Shown: in pieces, positions 1 through 13,521 of the stretch
How positions within the stretch are numbered: the first letter of the stretch is position 1
Layout: each line of letters starts with the position of its first letter
Assembly: GCA_951406725.2 (NCBI GenBank)
Contig: OX597842.1
Coordinates: 18,724,001 to 18,788,000, forward strand
Direction: 5' to 3'
DNA length: 64,000 nucleotides
From: Octopus vulgaris
Lineage: Eukaryota
Position numbers and translations under genes: made by a program
The notes under the pieces: model-generated
Database searches by the model: none
The model's input: only the letters and a program-made list of their open reading frames with translations
What the model was told of the DNA's origin: nothing

Positions 1-287
1 AGCTTGTCTAACCTAATGATGTTATTTCCCGTCGGCGTGTTTATGACTTTCAAGCCATTTTCAGTCTTCCTGCTTCAGCCATATATAGAAGATGGCTTTT
101 TCGACCGCCTCCTGTACTCTCCTTATTAGTTTACGCAGCTTGAATTAGTTCCAAAAATGTAATTACCAAAGTTAATGCTTAGGAGATTTGAATTTATTAT
201 CATATCGTTAAAATGTTTTAATAACTTTCTGTAGAATGACAAAGTAGATGAAGAAGCGGCAAAACAATCATTATGGCAAAACAATCA

Positions 288-456
288 TAGGCGCAGGAGT
301 GGCTGTGTGGTAAGTAGCTTGTTCACCAACCATACGGTTCCGGATTCAGTCCCACTGCGTGACACCTTGGGCTATTGTCTTCTACTATAGCCTCGGGCCG
401 ACCAAAGCCTTGTGAGTGGATTTGGTAGACTGAAACTGAAAGAAGCCCGTCGTATA

Positions 457-527
<71 letters not shown>

Positions 528-740
528 CGGGAAGCTTTATGAAAATAAACAAAGGACGAAGGCAGGTGGAAAACAAACGAACAATTGTATTAGTATGGCG
601 CTCAGGAAATATAAATAAAACAAGTCTTTAACGTTTCGAGCCTACGCTCTTCAACAGAAAGATACACAGAGAGAGAAAAACACAGAAAGAAGGGAGAAAA
701 AAAATGCGTGCAGTAGCTAACGAATCAACATGGCGATCTG

Positions 741-800
<60 letters not shown>

Positions 801-870
801 TTCTGTGTCTGTGTTTGTCCCCCCAATATTGTTTGACAACCGATGCTGGTGTGTTTACGTCCCAGTCACA
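288..870 (+). mobile_element. Long tRNA-derived SINE with internal (TA)n/(TG)n tract, interrupted at ~527-741
   Basis: Head taggcgcaggagtggctgtgtggtaag...ggattcagtcccac; same family as 20248, 22441, 50494, 54025. Confidence 0.75.
527..741 (-). mobile_element. Penelope-like terminal-repeat fragment with minimal hammerhead-like motif (625-662)
   Basis: Minus strand tcttt-CTGTTGA-a-gagc(gtag)gctc-GAAAC-GTT-aaaga; (TA)n on both sides; paralogues at ~31291 and ~41448. Confidence 0.6.
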
Positions 871-959
871 TAGAATATATATATAACAATTTAACAAATA
901 AAACTTATGCATACATACATACATATATGTACATACCTACATCTATATGTATATGTACA

Positions 960-1023
<64 letters not shown>

Positions 1024-1372
1024 TACAGGACACCACAAATAAACGTAGAACACAATGAGAAACGAAAACATAAAATCAAACAAGGAAACGGACTTTTTTT
1101 TTAACAACGAAAAAACAGAGTACAAGACAAACAATACAAGAAATATTCCCCTGTGTGTGTGTGTGTGTGTGTAAATGGTTGAATGAATAGTCCTTTGTTT
1201 AATGTTAACAGGGAAAAATCATTAAACAGTTACCAGGATAGCAAAATTCACGCAAGTAACAAGGATGTAGCGACCTATTCAAAGGTAGAAACTCCGGGTT
1301 AATATGCAGTAATTTGTGTAGTATAAGTAAATAAATGGAGTTGAACGCAGATGTTATTCAAACTCTTTTAAT

Positions 1373-1451
1373 TTCGACATATGTTTCGAAGACAACATTT
1401 GTTTTATTCCAAAGGAATAAACGGTGTAAAATAATATAATCTCATCAGGAA
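1373..1451 (-). ncRNA. Candidate hammerhead ribozyme (Penelope-type, palindromic stem III, long stem II)
   Basis: Minus strand ttc-CTGATGA-ga...tc-GAAAC-atat-GTC-gaa; stem I only 3 bp. Confidence 0.55.
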
Positions 1452-2306
1452 CGAAAGAGAACCTATCTCAACAACAAGACATTATAATAATTCGATGACT
1501 GCATAAATGATAAACAGAACGCTATTAAGTATTAAAAAAAACCGTTAGTAGATCCGACGTCAAAGGCAGACCCTTATATATATATATATATGCACCCCCC
1601 CATTTGCCTACATAACAGCCTAACAGCAAATGTACTTATGTATGTGTATTTTGTGGGTATTGGGGTATCAGAACCTTCTACGTGTATTTCCCATTAAGTA
1701 CGGGGGATGTTTCATTTATGAGGACACCTGATGGATCCTTCAGGTGCTTGGATAAAATGTGAATGTCAAGTCGACAGCGTGTCTCCATGTTAGTCTGTAG
1801 CATGCTGGTAGAGTATGGAATACTGTTTTTTTTTTTTGCCATCATATACCCCAAGTAATTATTTAATCACTCCGCAATACTTCTAGATGTTTTTCCAATG
1901 TATCCCATGTTCTTGTCTTTACAGGCACCCTCTGTGCATTTATGCTGTTGACTACACTTGTAGTTTTACATTTAATGCCATAGGTAGTCTTATATACTAC
2001 GCCGTTTTCATTAGTACACGTGTTGTAATTTCGAAGCGGTATGTCCTACATAACTATAAAGAGATAGAACTCCCTTGCTTTTCGACGTTTAGTTTGGTCA
2101 CACCTTCAGAGCTTTCTTAAATCTGCAAGCTAGTTCGCCATGGGCTGTAGACTCTACAAACGTCATTACTTGATATTTGTCAGCCCGCTAACATGTGTTT
2201 GCTTTGTTTGTTATGTTACAAAGTCTCTATATATTATTCCAATATTTGTCTCTAAATCTAGGGCGGTTATCACTGGTTTCAATACACATAATGCTATCTA
2301 AATTTC

Positions 2307-2928
2307 TCATTTCTTTATTGCCCACAAGGAGCTAAACATACAGGGGACAGACAAGGACAGACAAGGACAGACAAGGACAGACAAACAGATTAAGTCGATT
2401 ATATCAACTCCAGTGCGTAACTGGTACTTATTTAATCGACCCCGAAAGGATGAAAGGCAAAGTCGACCTCGGCGGAATTTGAACTCAGAACGTAGCGGCA
2501 GACGAAATACCTATTTCTTTACTGCCCACATGGGGCTAAGCACAGAGGGGACAAAAAAGGACAGACAAAGGGATTAAGTCGATTATATCAACTCCAGTGC
2601 GTAACTGGTACTTATTTAATCGACCCCGAAAGGATGAAAGGCAAAGTCGACCTCGGCGGAATTTGAACTCAGAACGTAGCGGCAGACGAAATACCTATTT
2701 CTTTACTGCCCACAAGGGGCTAAGCACAGAGGGGACAAAAAAGGACAGACAAAGGGATTAAGTCGATTATATCGATCCCAGTGCGTAACTGGTATTTATT
2801 TAATCGACCCCGAAAGGATGAAAGGCAAAGTCGACCTCGGCGGAATCTGAACTCAGAACGTAGCGGCAGACGAAATACCGCTAAGCATTTCGTCCGGCGT
2901 ACTAACGTTTCTGCCAGCTCGCCGCCTT
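2307..2928 (-). mobile_element. SINE trimer (tRNA-like head plus Meta/MESC-like core), ~181-bp units
   Basis: Head aaggcggcgagctggcagaaacgttag once, then three body units containing gtcgactttgcctttcatcctttcggggtcgat. Confidence 0.8.
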
Positions 2929-3434
2929 ACTTTCTCTAACTTCTTTCTAGCTCCCTTGTAACACGAATTCTAACTTTCTATCCTTTTTTAAAATTATCTT
3001 TTCAGATTTTCTATAGAAAATTTGAGCCAGCCATAATTTTTACGACTTTCGTTTACGAATATGTCAAAGAATTTTCTGTAGAAATAAATTAAAAAAGTTA
3101 TTCAATATGAGTGCTAATACGGCAGGACACACTATTGACTTACAACGCTTTTAATATACTTGGTAGTATATTATGGTTACATACCTGCAATTAATAGAGA
3201 TAATTTCGATTTATATAGTTTGGCATACTTTACGTGATGCTGATGTTTGTAAAATATTTAAATCTTCAGTGATGATGTCCACATAGCTGTGTAACACAGA
3301 ATAGGAACAAGTTTTACTTATATCTGTTGCCGTAACACCGTAAAGGTAAAGATATTTTCCCAAGACTGAAGTGCTGAGTTAGCTGCAAATTTTCATATAT
3401 CCTTGAAGAAATCTGATCAATATTAAGTATAAAA

Positions 3435-4095
3435 TAATAATAATAATGAAACTATTGTATACAGTGGTCAGGTGCACCACAACTTGTCAAAAAGTGCGTA
3501 TAAAGCATATACAGTAATGTACAAATGTCTGAAAAGCGAACAGTGTATGAGTCAGCTACATGCTTGTGTGTATGGAGGGGAGAAAGATCAGGTGTAGTGT
3601 TGGTGAATCTCAGGAAGCATGGAAGTTTTGAAGGATGCAGTGCTCCGACGACTAACAACTGACGCAGGCAGTTTGTTCCATGCTTCAACAACTCTCAGCG
3701 TGAAAAAATGTTTCCGAAAGTCATGGGAGCTGTGCTGTTTCCTGACTTTGTAAACATGTCCACAGGTGTTAGACATGTGGAGTTTTTAAATAATAATAAT
3801 AATGAAATTATTGTATACAGTGCTCAGGTGCACCACAACTTGTCAAAAAGTGCGTATAAAGTATATGCAGTAATGTACAAATGTCTGGAAAGCAAACAGT
3901 GTGTGAGTCAGATACATGCTTGCGTGTGTATGGAGGGGAGAAAGATCAGGTGTAGTGTTGGTGAATCTCAGAAAGCATGGAAGTTTTGAAGGATGCAGTG
4001 CTCCGACAACTAACAACTGATGCCGGCAGTTTGTTCCATGCTTCAGCAACTCTTAGCGTAAAAAATGTTTCCGAAAGTCATGGGAGCTGTGCTGG
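3435..4095 (-). mobile_element. Two tandem 5'-truncated CR1-like LINE 3' ends
   Basis: KVRKQHSSHDFRKHFFTLRVVEAWNKLPASVV (CR1 ORF2 C-terminal FFxxRVVxxWNxLP motif); (TAT)n tails. Confidence 0.75.
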
Positions 4096-4481
4096 CGACC
4101 CGATTTTATCTTTGTCATTTGCGACCCGATTTCCACTTTGTCATTTGTAGAACAATTTCGTTCCGATTAACAGATGTTTATGAAAGATGGTGTATTACAA
4201 CTTATTAATTGTCAAAATCTTCCATCATCAAGTGCATGTCTTACTCAAAATTTAAAAGATTCCATTTAATACTACAAAGTAGGAAACACAAAGGATGTAT
4301 AACAATGAGTACATAACTGATGAATTGAACATATTTAGTAATTTTATTGCTTCCTCAAGTTGGAGTTGTCAATAGACTTCCAGTGGTTCATTAATTGTTC
4401 TATTGTGTTTAATTTGCATTTAATATTTCCTCTCAAAATGGTTGTAAATTCCCTTAAATTTTGTTAAATCTTTCGTTACAG

Positions 4482-4710
4482 AAAATATTGAACCGGTTTC
4501 GCTATTGAATTTGAATATTTCAAAGGAAATAGAAAATGAAACACAAATTATTGAATTCGTTGTGTCCAATCATGAGAAAATGTTGCCACTGATATCGAAT
4601 GTGTCCGTGAATATAACACAGGAGAACATACTTCCTAGTGTCGACAGAATTATGAACATACTACAGAAAATTTTCGTCAGAGTTGAAAAGTTTACGAGAC
4701 TTGCTAGCAG
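4482..4710 (+). CDS. Adhesion GPCR, first visible internal exon (helical N-terminal part of GAIN region)
   Basis: ttacag acceptor and AG|gtaaaa donor; phase 1->2; NIEPVSLLNLNISKEIENE...FTRLASR joins in frame with the next exon. Confidence 0.75.
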
Positions 4711-4771
4711 GTAAAATTCAGATCACATCTGTTATTAATTCAGAGGCAACAGCGGTAGTAGCAGTAGCATC

Positions 4772-4827
<56 letters not shown>

Positions 4828-5064
4828 CAGTAGTGGTGGTGATGTTGGTGGTGGTTGTAGTGGCGGGAGTGGTGGATGTAGTGTTGGTGGTGGTGTTGTG
4901 ATGACATTAGCAGCAATAACAGTAAAAACAACAGAAGCAACAGTAACAGCAGTCGTGTAAATAAAGATTTGCTATTTAATACAATTGGTGTAATTACACC
5001 TGTTGCTAATTACGTGTTTGAATCACACTGTCAATTGAACCTTGTTTTCTTGATTTTCTCACAG

Positions 5065-5236
5065 AATACTGCAAATTATAGAAGTAATTCCAGAAAAGAT
5101 TCCACTGGAAGAGCAGCGAGTGACAGCTATATATTCTAATTTTGGTATTGGTGCTGCCAAAGTGGAGAAGAACACTTTCAATGGTGTTATTTATGCTGTC
5201 TCATATGGAACCAATGAAACGGAAGCAAGGACTGAG
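5065..5236 (+). CDS. Adhesion GPCR exon (GAIN)
   Basis: ttctcacag acceptor, GAG|gtacaa donor; phase 2->0; ILQIIEVIPEKIPLEEQRVTAIYSNFGIGAAKV...EARTE, open frame. Confidence 0.8.
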
Positions 5237-5339
5237 GTACAATTCTTTCTCTTGATTATTCTCGTATTCAACGTATATTTCAAATGCCAAGGTTGATAAA
5301 ATGCATCAGAATGAAATATATTTTTATTGTTATATAATA

Positions 5340-5994
5340 CTAGCAGCATAGCCCGGCGTTGCCCGGGTATGTAAAGCGTCCCCTAGACAGTCTGTGGTTT
5401 GTGTTTAATACACAAATCAGTTTGCTATGTGTGCCACATATGATTTAATTAACCGATTTTCTCCAGCAATAAAGTATCCTATTGGAATAAAAAGGGCCAT
5501 ATAGCTCCTTGGAGCAGACATGATGCTCGCTGTGAATTAAAAAAAAAAAATTCCTGTCAATTTGTGAAAGATATTGTCGAAAATATGTCATCTTGAATTT
5601 GAACGCGATTTCCCAAAATGGTATGATTTTATCGATTTTTTCTGATGGTAAGGTATTGCATGGAAAACTAACGTGAGAATTAAGTTTCTTAGGGTAACAT
5701 TAAGCTTCACCATGAGTTTGGTGAAAATCAATTGCAAGTTGCGAAAACTACAACAGAAAATGTGTTGTTGCATATGAAAAGCTTAGATTCTCGACCTCAT
5801 GTCGAATTTATCGATCTTTTTCAGAACTGATGGAACCTTTCAAAATTTTCTATGCGTTAGTTTTGAATTATGATGTTGGGCTATATGTGTCAAGTTTCAT
5901 CAGAATCGGTTGAAAGCCGTGGTCAGGATGAGGGTACAACCTGACAGACACACAAACTCACAGACAGACAAACTGCCGTTTATATAGAGAGAGA
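5340..5994 (-). mobile_element. Non-autonomous Helitron-like element
   Basis: Minus strand 5' TCTCT-ATATAAA with (GTCT)n, 3' hairpin cccgggcaacgccggg followed by CTAG|T. Confidence 0.7.
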
Positions 5995-6289
5995 TAGATA
6001 TGTTACAAAACTTGACAGAGATTGCAATTTAAATACAAAATATGATAATATATACAACACACAGATTATATAGTTTCGCAATAAAGCTAATATAATCCTT
6101 TCCACTACAGAAACACTATGAAATTTTTCTGGATGGGAGAGTTAGTTACATTGACCGCAGCACTTCAGTAATACGTATTTCATTGACCCCGAAAGAAGGA
6201 AGGGCAAAGTTGAACTCAATGAAATTTGAACCCATAACGTACAGACTAACGACATGGCGCAAAGCATTTTGTCCAGCGTGCTAATCATA

Positions 6290-8348
6290 CCTATTTCTTT
6301 ACTACCCCCAAGGGGCTACACACAGAGAGGACAAACAAGGACAGACAAAGGGATTAAGTCGATTATATCGACCCCAGTGCGTAATTGGTACTTATTTAAT
6401 CGACCCCGAAAGGATGAAAGGCAAAGTCGACCTCGGAGGAATTTGAACTCAAAACATAGCGGCAGACGAAATACCTATTTCTTTACTACGCCCAAGGGGC
6501 TACACACAAAGAGGACAAACAAGGACAGACAAAGGGATTAAGTCGATTATATCGACCCCAGTGCGTAATTGGTACTTATTTAATCGACCCCGAAAGGATG
6601 AAAGGCAAAGTCGACCTCGGCGGAATTTGAACTCAAAACATAGCGGCAGACGAAATACCTCTTTCTTTACTACCCCCAAGGGGCTACACACAGAGAGGAC
6701 CAACAAGGACAGACAAAGGGATTAAGTCGATTATATCGACCCCAGTGCGTAATTGGTACTTATTTAATCGACCCCGAAAGGATGAAAGGCAAAGTCGACC
6801 TCGGCGGAATTTGAACTCAAAACATAGCGGCAGACGAAATACCTATTTCTTTACTACCCACAAGGGGCTAAACACAGAGAGGACAAACAAGGACAAACAA
6901 AGGGATTAAGTCGATAATATCGACCCCAGTGCGTAACTGGTAGTTTTTTAATCGACCCCGAAAGGATGAAAGGCAAAGTCGACCTCGGCGGAATTTGAAC
7001 TCAGAACGTAGCGGCAGACGAAATACCTATTTCTTTACTACCCATAAGGGGCTAAACACAGAGAGGACCAACAAGGACAAACAAAGGGATTAAGTCGATT
7101 ATATCGATCCCAGTGCGTAACTGGTACTTATTTAATCGACCCCGAAAGGATAAAAGGCAAAGTCGACCCTGGCGGAATTTGAACTCAGAACATAGCGGCA
7201 GACGAAATACCTATTTCTTTACTACCCCCAAGGGGCTACACACAGAGAGGACCAACAAGGACAGACAAAGGGATTAAGTCGATTATATCGACCCCAGTGC
7301 GTAATTGGTACTTATTTAATCGACCCCGAAAGGATGAAAGGCAAAGTCGACCTCGGCGGAATTTGAACTCAAAACATAGCGGCAGACGAAATACCTATTT
7401 CTTTACTACCCACAAGGGGCTAAACACAGAGAGGACAAACAAGGACAAACAAAGGGATTAAGTCGATAATATCGACCCCAGTGCGTAACTGGTAGTTTTT
7501 TAATCGACCCCGAAAGGATGAAAGGCAAAGTCGACCTCGGCGGAATTTGAACTCAGAACGTAGCGGCAGACGAAATACCTATTTCTTTACTACCCATAAG
7601 GGGCTAAACACAGAGAGGACAAACAAGGACAAACAAAGGGATTAAGTCGATTATATCGATCCCAGTGCGTAACTGGTACTTATTTAATCGACCCCGAAAG
7701 GATAAAAGGCAAAGTCGACCCTGGCGGAATTTGAACTCAGAACATAGCGGCAGACGAAATACCTATTTCTTTACTACCCACAAGGGGCTAAACACAGAGA
7801 GGACAAACAAGGACAAACAAAGGGATTAAGTCGATAATATCGACCCCAGTGCGTAACTGGTAGTTTTTTAATCGACCCCGAAAGGATGAAAGGCAAAGTC
7901 GACCTCGGCGGAATTTGAACTCAAAACATAGCGGCAGACGAAATACCTATTTCTTTACTACCCATAAGGGGCTAAACACAGAGAGGACAAACAAGGACAA
8001 ACAAAGGGATTAAGTCGATTATATCGATCCCAGTGCGTAACTGGTACTTATTTAATCGACCCCGAAAGGATAAAAGGCAAAGTCGACCCTGGCGGAATTT
8101 GAACTCAGAACATAGCGGCAGACGAAATACCTCTTTCTTTACTACCCACAAGGGGCTAAACACAGAGGGGACAAACAAGGACAAACAAAGGGATTAAGTC
8201 GATTATATCGACCCCAGTGCGTAACTGGTATTTATTTAATCGACCCCGAAAGGATAAAAGGCAAAGTCGACCTCGGCGGAATTTGAACTCAGAACGTAGC
8301 CAAGAATTTCGCCCGGCGTGGTAACGTTTCTGCCAGCTCGCCGCCTTA
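6290..8348 (-). repeat. Tandem array of ~11 SINE body units (181 bp) with a single head at the right end
   Basis: Same unit as 2307-2928; diagnostic variants alternate along the array. Confidence 0.9.
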
Positions 8349-9096
8349 AGCTAACAAAAAGAAAATCCCAATACATTCTCTTCTACTCTCGGCAAAAGGC
8401 CCAAAACTTTTGGGAAGGGACCAGTTGATTAGATCGATACCAGTACGCAACTGCTACTTAATTTATCGACCGCGAAAGGATGAAAGGCGAAGTCGACCTC
8501 GGTGGGATTTGAACTCCGAACTTAAAGACAGACGAAATACCTTTTTCTTTACTACCCACTAGGGACTAAACACAGAGGGGACAAACAAGGACAGACAAAC
8601 GGATTAAGTCGATTATATCGACACCAGTGCGTAAGTGGTACTTATTTAATCGACCCCGAAAGGATGTAAGGCAAAGTCGGCATTGGCGGAATTTGAACTC
8701 AGAACGTAGCGGCAGACGAAATACGGCTACGCATCCCCTGCCAGATCCTCGTGGGGCTTTAGGTGTTTTCGCTCAATAAACACTTACCATGCACGGTCTG
8801 GGATTCGAAACCACGATCCTACGACCGCGAATCCGCTGCCCTATCCACTGGGCCATTGTGCCTCCACACACCATTAATTAGTTGACCAATATCTTCTGCT
8901 TTCTTGTGTAGGAAGTAGTGGTAGTGGGTGATAATAGTAGTTGTAGCTGTTATGGTAATTGTAATATTCTAGTAATGTAGAAGTGTTTGTGGAAGAAGTA
9001 AAAGTTACAACAATAATAAAAAACAGTAATAGTAATAAATCCTTTCTCGCAATGGATCTCGAAGCACATAAAGCAATAAATAATAGAATGTAAATA

Positions 9097-9322
9097 TTAC
9101 TCTTTACTCTTTACTCTTTACTCTTTTACTTGTTTCAGTCATTTTGACTGCGGCCATGCTGGAGCACCGCCTTTAGTCGACCATATCGACCCCGGTACTT
9201 ATTCTTTGTAAGCCCAGTACTTATTCTATCGGTCTCTTTTGCCGAACCGCTAAGTGACGGGGACGTAAACACACCAGCATCGGTTGTCAAGCAATGCTAA
9301 GGGGACAAACACAGACACACAA

Positions 9323-9389
<67 letters not shown>

Positions 9390-11990
9390 CATATATATAC
9401 ATATATACGACAGGCTTCTTTCAGTTTCTGTCTACCAAATCCACTCACAAGGCATTGGTCGGCCCGAGGCTATAGCAGAAGACACTTGCCCAAGATGCCA
9501 CGCAGTGGGACTGAACCCGGAACAATGTGGTTGGTTAGCAAGCTACTTACCACACAGCCACTCCTACACCTATATATATATATATATATACGACGGGCTT
9601 CTTTCAGTTTCTGTCAACCAAATCCACTCACAAGGCATTGGTCGGCCCAAGGCTATAGTAGAAGACACTTGCCCAAGATGCCACGCAGTGGGACTGAACC
9701 CGGAACCATGTGGCTGGTTAGCAAGCTACTTACCACACAGCCACTCCTACACCTATATATATATATATATATATACGACGGGCTTCTTTCAGTTTCTGCC
9801 AACCAAATCCACTCACAAGGCATTGGTCGGCCCGAGGCTATAGCAGAAGACACTTGCCCAAGATGCCACGCAGTGGGACTGAACCCGGAACCATGTGGTT
9901 GGTTAGCAAGCTACTTACCACACAACCACTCCTACACCTATATATATATATACATATATACGACAGGCTTCTTTCAGTTTCTGTCTACCAAATCCACTCA
10001 CAAGGCATTGGTCGGCCCGAGGCTATAGCAGAAGACACTTGCCCAAGATGCCACGCAGTGGGACTGAACCGGGAACCATGTGGTTGGTTAGCAAGCTACT
10101 TACCACACAACCACTCCTACGCCTATATATATATATACATATATACGACAGGCTTCTTTCAGTTTCTGTCTACCAAATCCACTCACAAGGCATTGGTCGG
10201 CCCGAGGCTATAGCAGAAGACACTTGCCCAAGATGCCACGCAGTGGGACTGAACCCGGAACCATGTGGTTGGTTAGCAAGCTACTTACCACACAACCACT
10301 CCTGCGCCTATATATATATATATATATACATATATACGACAGGCTTCTTTCAGTTTCTGTCTACCAAATCCACTCACAAGGCATTGGTCGGCCCGGGGCT
10401 ATAGCAGAAGACACTTGCCCAAGATGCCACGCAGTGGGACTGAACCCGGAACCATGTGGTTGGTTAGCAAGCTACTTACCACAGCCACTCCTACGCCTAT
10501 ATATATATATACATATATACGACAGGCTTCTTTCAGTTTCCGACTACCAAATCCACTCACAAGGCATTGGTCGGCCCGAGGCTATAGCAGAAGACACTTG
10601 CCCAAGATGCCACGCAGTGGGACTGAACCCGGAACCATGTGGTTGGTTAGCAAGCTACTTACCACACAGCCACTCCTACGCCTATATATATATATACATA
10701 TATACGACAGGCTTCTTTCAGTTTCCGTCTACCAAATCCACTCACAAGGCATTGGTCGGCCCGAGGCTATAGCAGAAGACACTTGCCCAAGATGCCACGC
10801 AGTGGGACTGAACCCGGACCCATGTGGTAGTTAACAAGCTACTTACCACACAGCCACTCCTACACCTATATATATATATACATATATACGACAGGCTTCT
10901 TTCAGTTTCCGCCTACCAAATCCACTCACAAGGCATTGGTCGGCCCGAGGCTATAGCAGAAGACACTTGCCCAAGATGCCACGCAGTGGGACTGAACCCG
11001 GAACCATGTGGTTGGTTAGCAAGCTACTTACCACACAACCACTCCTACGCCTATATATATATATACATATATACGACAGGCTTCTTTCAGTTTCTGTCTA
11101 CCAAATCCACTCACAAGGCATTGGTCGGCCCGAGGCTATAGCAGAAGACACTTGCCCAAGATGCCACGCAGTGGGACTGAACCCGGAACCATGTGGTTGG
11201 TTAGCAAGCTACTTACCACACAACCACTCCTGCGCCTATATATATATATATATATACATATATACGACAGGCTTCTTTCAGTTTCTGTCTACCAAATCCA
11301 CTCACAAGGCATTGGTCGGCCCGGGGCTATAGCAGAAGACACTTGCCCAAGATGCCACGCAGTGGGACTGAACCCGGAACCATGTGGTTGGTTAGCAAGC
11401 TACTTACACACAGCCACTCCTACGCCTATATATATATATACATATATACGACAGGCTTCTTTCAGTTTCCGACTACCAAATCCACTCACAAGGCATTGGT
11501 CGGCCCGAGGCTATAGCAGAAGACACTTGCCCAAGATGCCACGCAGTGGGACTGAACCCGGAACCATGTGGTTGGTTAGCAAGCTACTTACCACACAGCC
11601 ACTCCTACGCCTATATATATATATACATATATACGACAGGCTTCTTTCAGTTTCCGTCTACCAAATCCACTCACAAGGCATTGGTCGGCCCGAGGCTATA
11701 GCAGAAGACACTTGCCCAAGATGCCACGCAGTGGACTGAACCCGGAACCATGTGGTTGGTTAGCAAGCTACTTACCACACAACCACTCCTGCGCCTATAT
11801 ATATATATATATATATACATATATACGACAGGCTTCTTTCAGTTTCCGTCTACCAAATCCACTCACAAGGCATTGGTCGGCCCGAGGCTATAGCAGAAGA
11901 CACTTGCCCATGGTGCCACGCAGTGGGACTGAACCCGGAACCATGTGGTTGGTAAACAAGCTACTTACCACACAGCCACTCCTGTGCCTA
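9097..11990 (-). repeat. Long SINE whose 5' half (~185 bp plus (TA)n) is tandemly amplified 14 times
   Basis: Units begin acgac(a/g)ggcttctttcag from ~9406 to ~11825; single 3' half with (GAGTAAAA)n tail at 9097-9330. Confidence 0.9.
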
Positions 11991-12200
11991 TTAGGTTGAA
12001 AATTCATTTTAATAGGAAAAGTCGAAAGCTTTCCTATCAAAAAGGGTTTTTCATTTTACTATTTATGTGATTCGAAATCATTTCACTTCATGTTCTGTTA
12101 AAAATTTGTAAAAATGTTTATGATGTCGATAGCATTCAGTAGTAGAAGTATTTTTCTTTTATTTACCAATTTCTGTTGTTCTTTCATTTTCCTCCGCCAG

Positions 12201-12347
12201 ATATATAACGACTCAAATTCACAAGTAGAAGATATGATGGACTTCATTTCTTTCCCAAAAAGTTTTTTGAAACATCTGATAGACGAAGAACGGTCAAATT
12301 TTACAACGATTACATTTTTCTCTTTGCGGAATGACAAGCTATATAGG
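12201..12347 (+). CDS. Adhesion GPCR exon (GAIN)
   Basis: cctccgccag acceptor, AGG|gtatgg donor; phase 0->0; IYNDSNSQVEDMMDFISFPKSFL...FFSLRNDKLYR (ISxP and NDKLF-like GAIN motifs). Confidence 0.85.
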
Positions 12348-12403
12348 GTATGGTACAAAAACGGAAATATTTCTTCTAATTGACTAACGAAAGCTAAAAT
12401 TTA

Positions 12404-12884
12404 TCTGTATCTATAAAAGGCAGGATGTGTGTGTGTGTACGTGAATGTAATTAATGCACTTCCACAAATTAGCACGCATGTCGCTCCAAATTTAGGAGGA
12501 CATTTGTCACCATCGTACCTGGATTTTGTCATCATATTCTTCTCCCAAGGCACCCGCGGATAGCGGTAAAAATCTATTTTCAACCATAGCTTTTACCAAT
12601 TTTGAAGGTTGCTAACATGAGTTAAGTCTCTTCTAGCCATAGCCAAGCGCAAGTGTGTGTGTGAGGGAGAGAGAAGTTGTGTGTTGATGCGCGTGTGTGT
12701 GTGTGTGTGTGAGGGAGAGAGAGTGTCTCACAACATCTAACAAAAAAAGTAAAGAAAAAGTATGTGTACTTTCAAAATCAACAGATTTCGCCCAAATTTA
12801 TTACTTAGTTTGGTTTGAAATAAAGAATTTGATTAGCTTAATAATCGTAACTTAATCCCGGCCAAAGCCGGGTTATACTGCTAG
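12404..12884 (+). mobile_element. Non-autonomous Helitron-like element
   Basis: A|TC start, cccggccaaagccggg hairpin, CTAG|T end. Confidence 0.7.
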
Positions 12885-13450
12885 TCGTTATATATTTGAT
12901 CCTAGAAGAAACAATACTAACAAAACTCAACTGCCAATGTTCATATGTATGTACATATGTATGTATGAATGCGTGCCCGCATGTGTGTACCAATTTTGAC
13001 GCATATACAAACTCAGAACAAGCGGTGTTCTGAGGTTTGTTTCAGATAAATCACTTTTCAGCAATTTGGTGTGTTAAATTCAGTAATTTCATAAATCATA
13101 CCACAAAGTCATCAGCCGTAGGTGTGTATCTATTTAAGAAGAAAGCTAGTTACAGTGACTTCGAACATTCGGCTAGCTAAGCCATCATTTGGCAAGCTGA
13201 TGGGGGCTTAGCTGCCGCCGAGATTTTTAAGTCACTCTAAATACTACTCTCGTTAAAAAATAATAAATTTGTACACTTCAAAAATTTGGAGAAACCATTC
13301 AGATTAAAATGAAATAGTAAAATTGCTATTATGGCACTATGGCACTTTGAGTTCCGTCTCACGACGCAGCACTTTCTACATATTTCTTCTACTAAATTTC
13401 GAAGCCTACCAAATCCCTTGGGAAATTATTCGAAAGGGAAGGTGGAAGAT

Positions 13451-13521
<71 letters not shown>

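Noticed and set aside
2140-2301. gccATGG ORF with a hydrophobic stretch as possible first exon of the GPCR
   Set aside because: No convincing phase-1 splice donor; the ORF ends in a stop next to a SINE.
9294-11999. Series of 100-244 aa ORFs (MPKMPRSGTEPG...)
   Set aside because: Antisense readings of tandem SINE units whose frame depends on (TA)n length.
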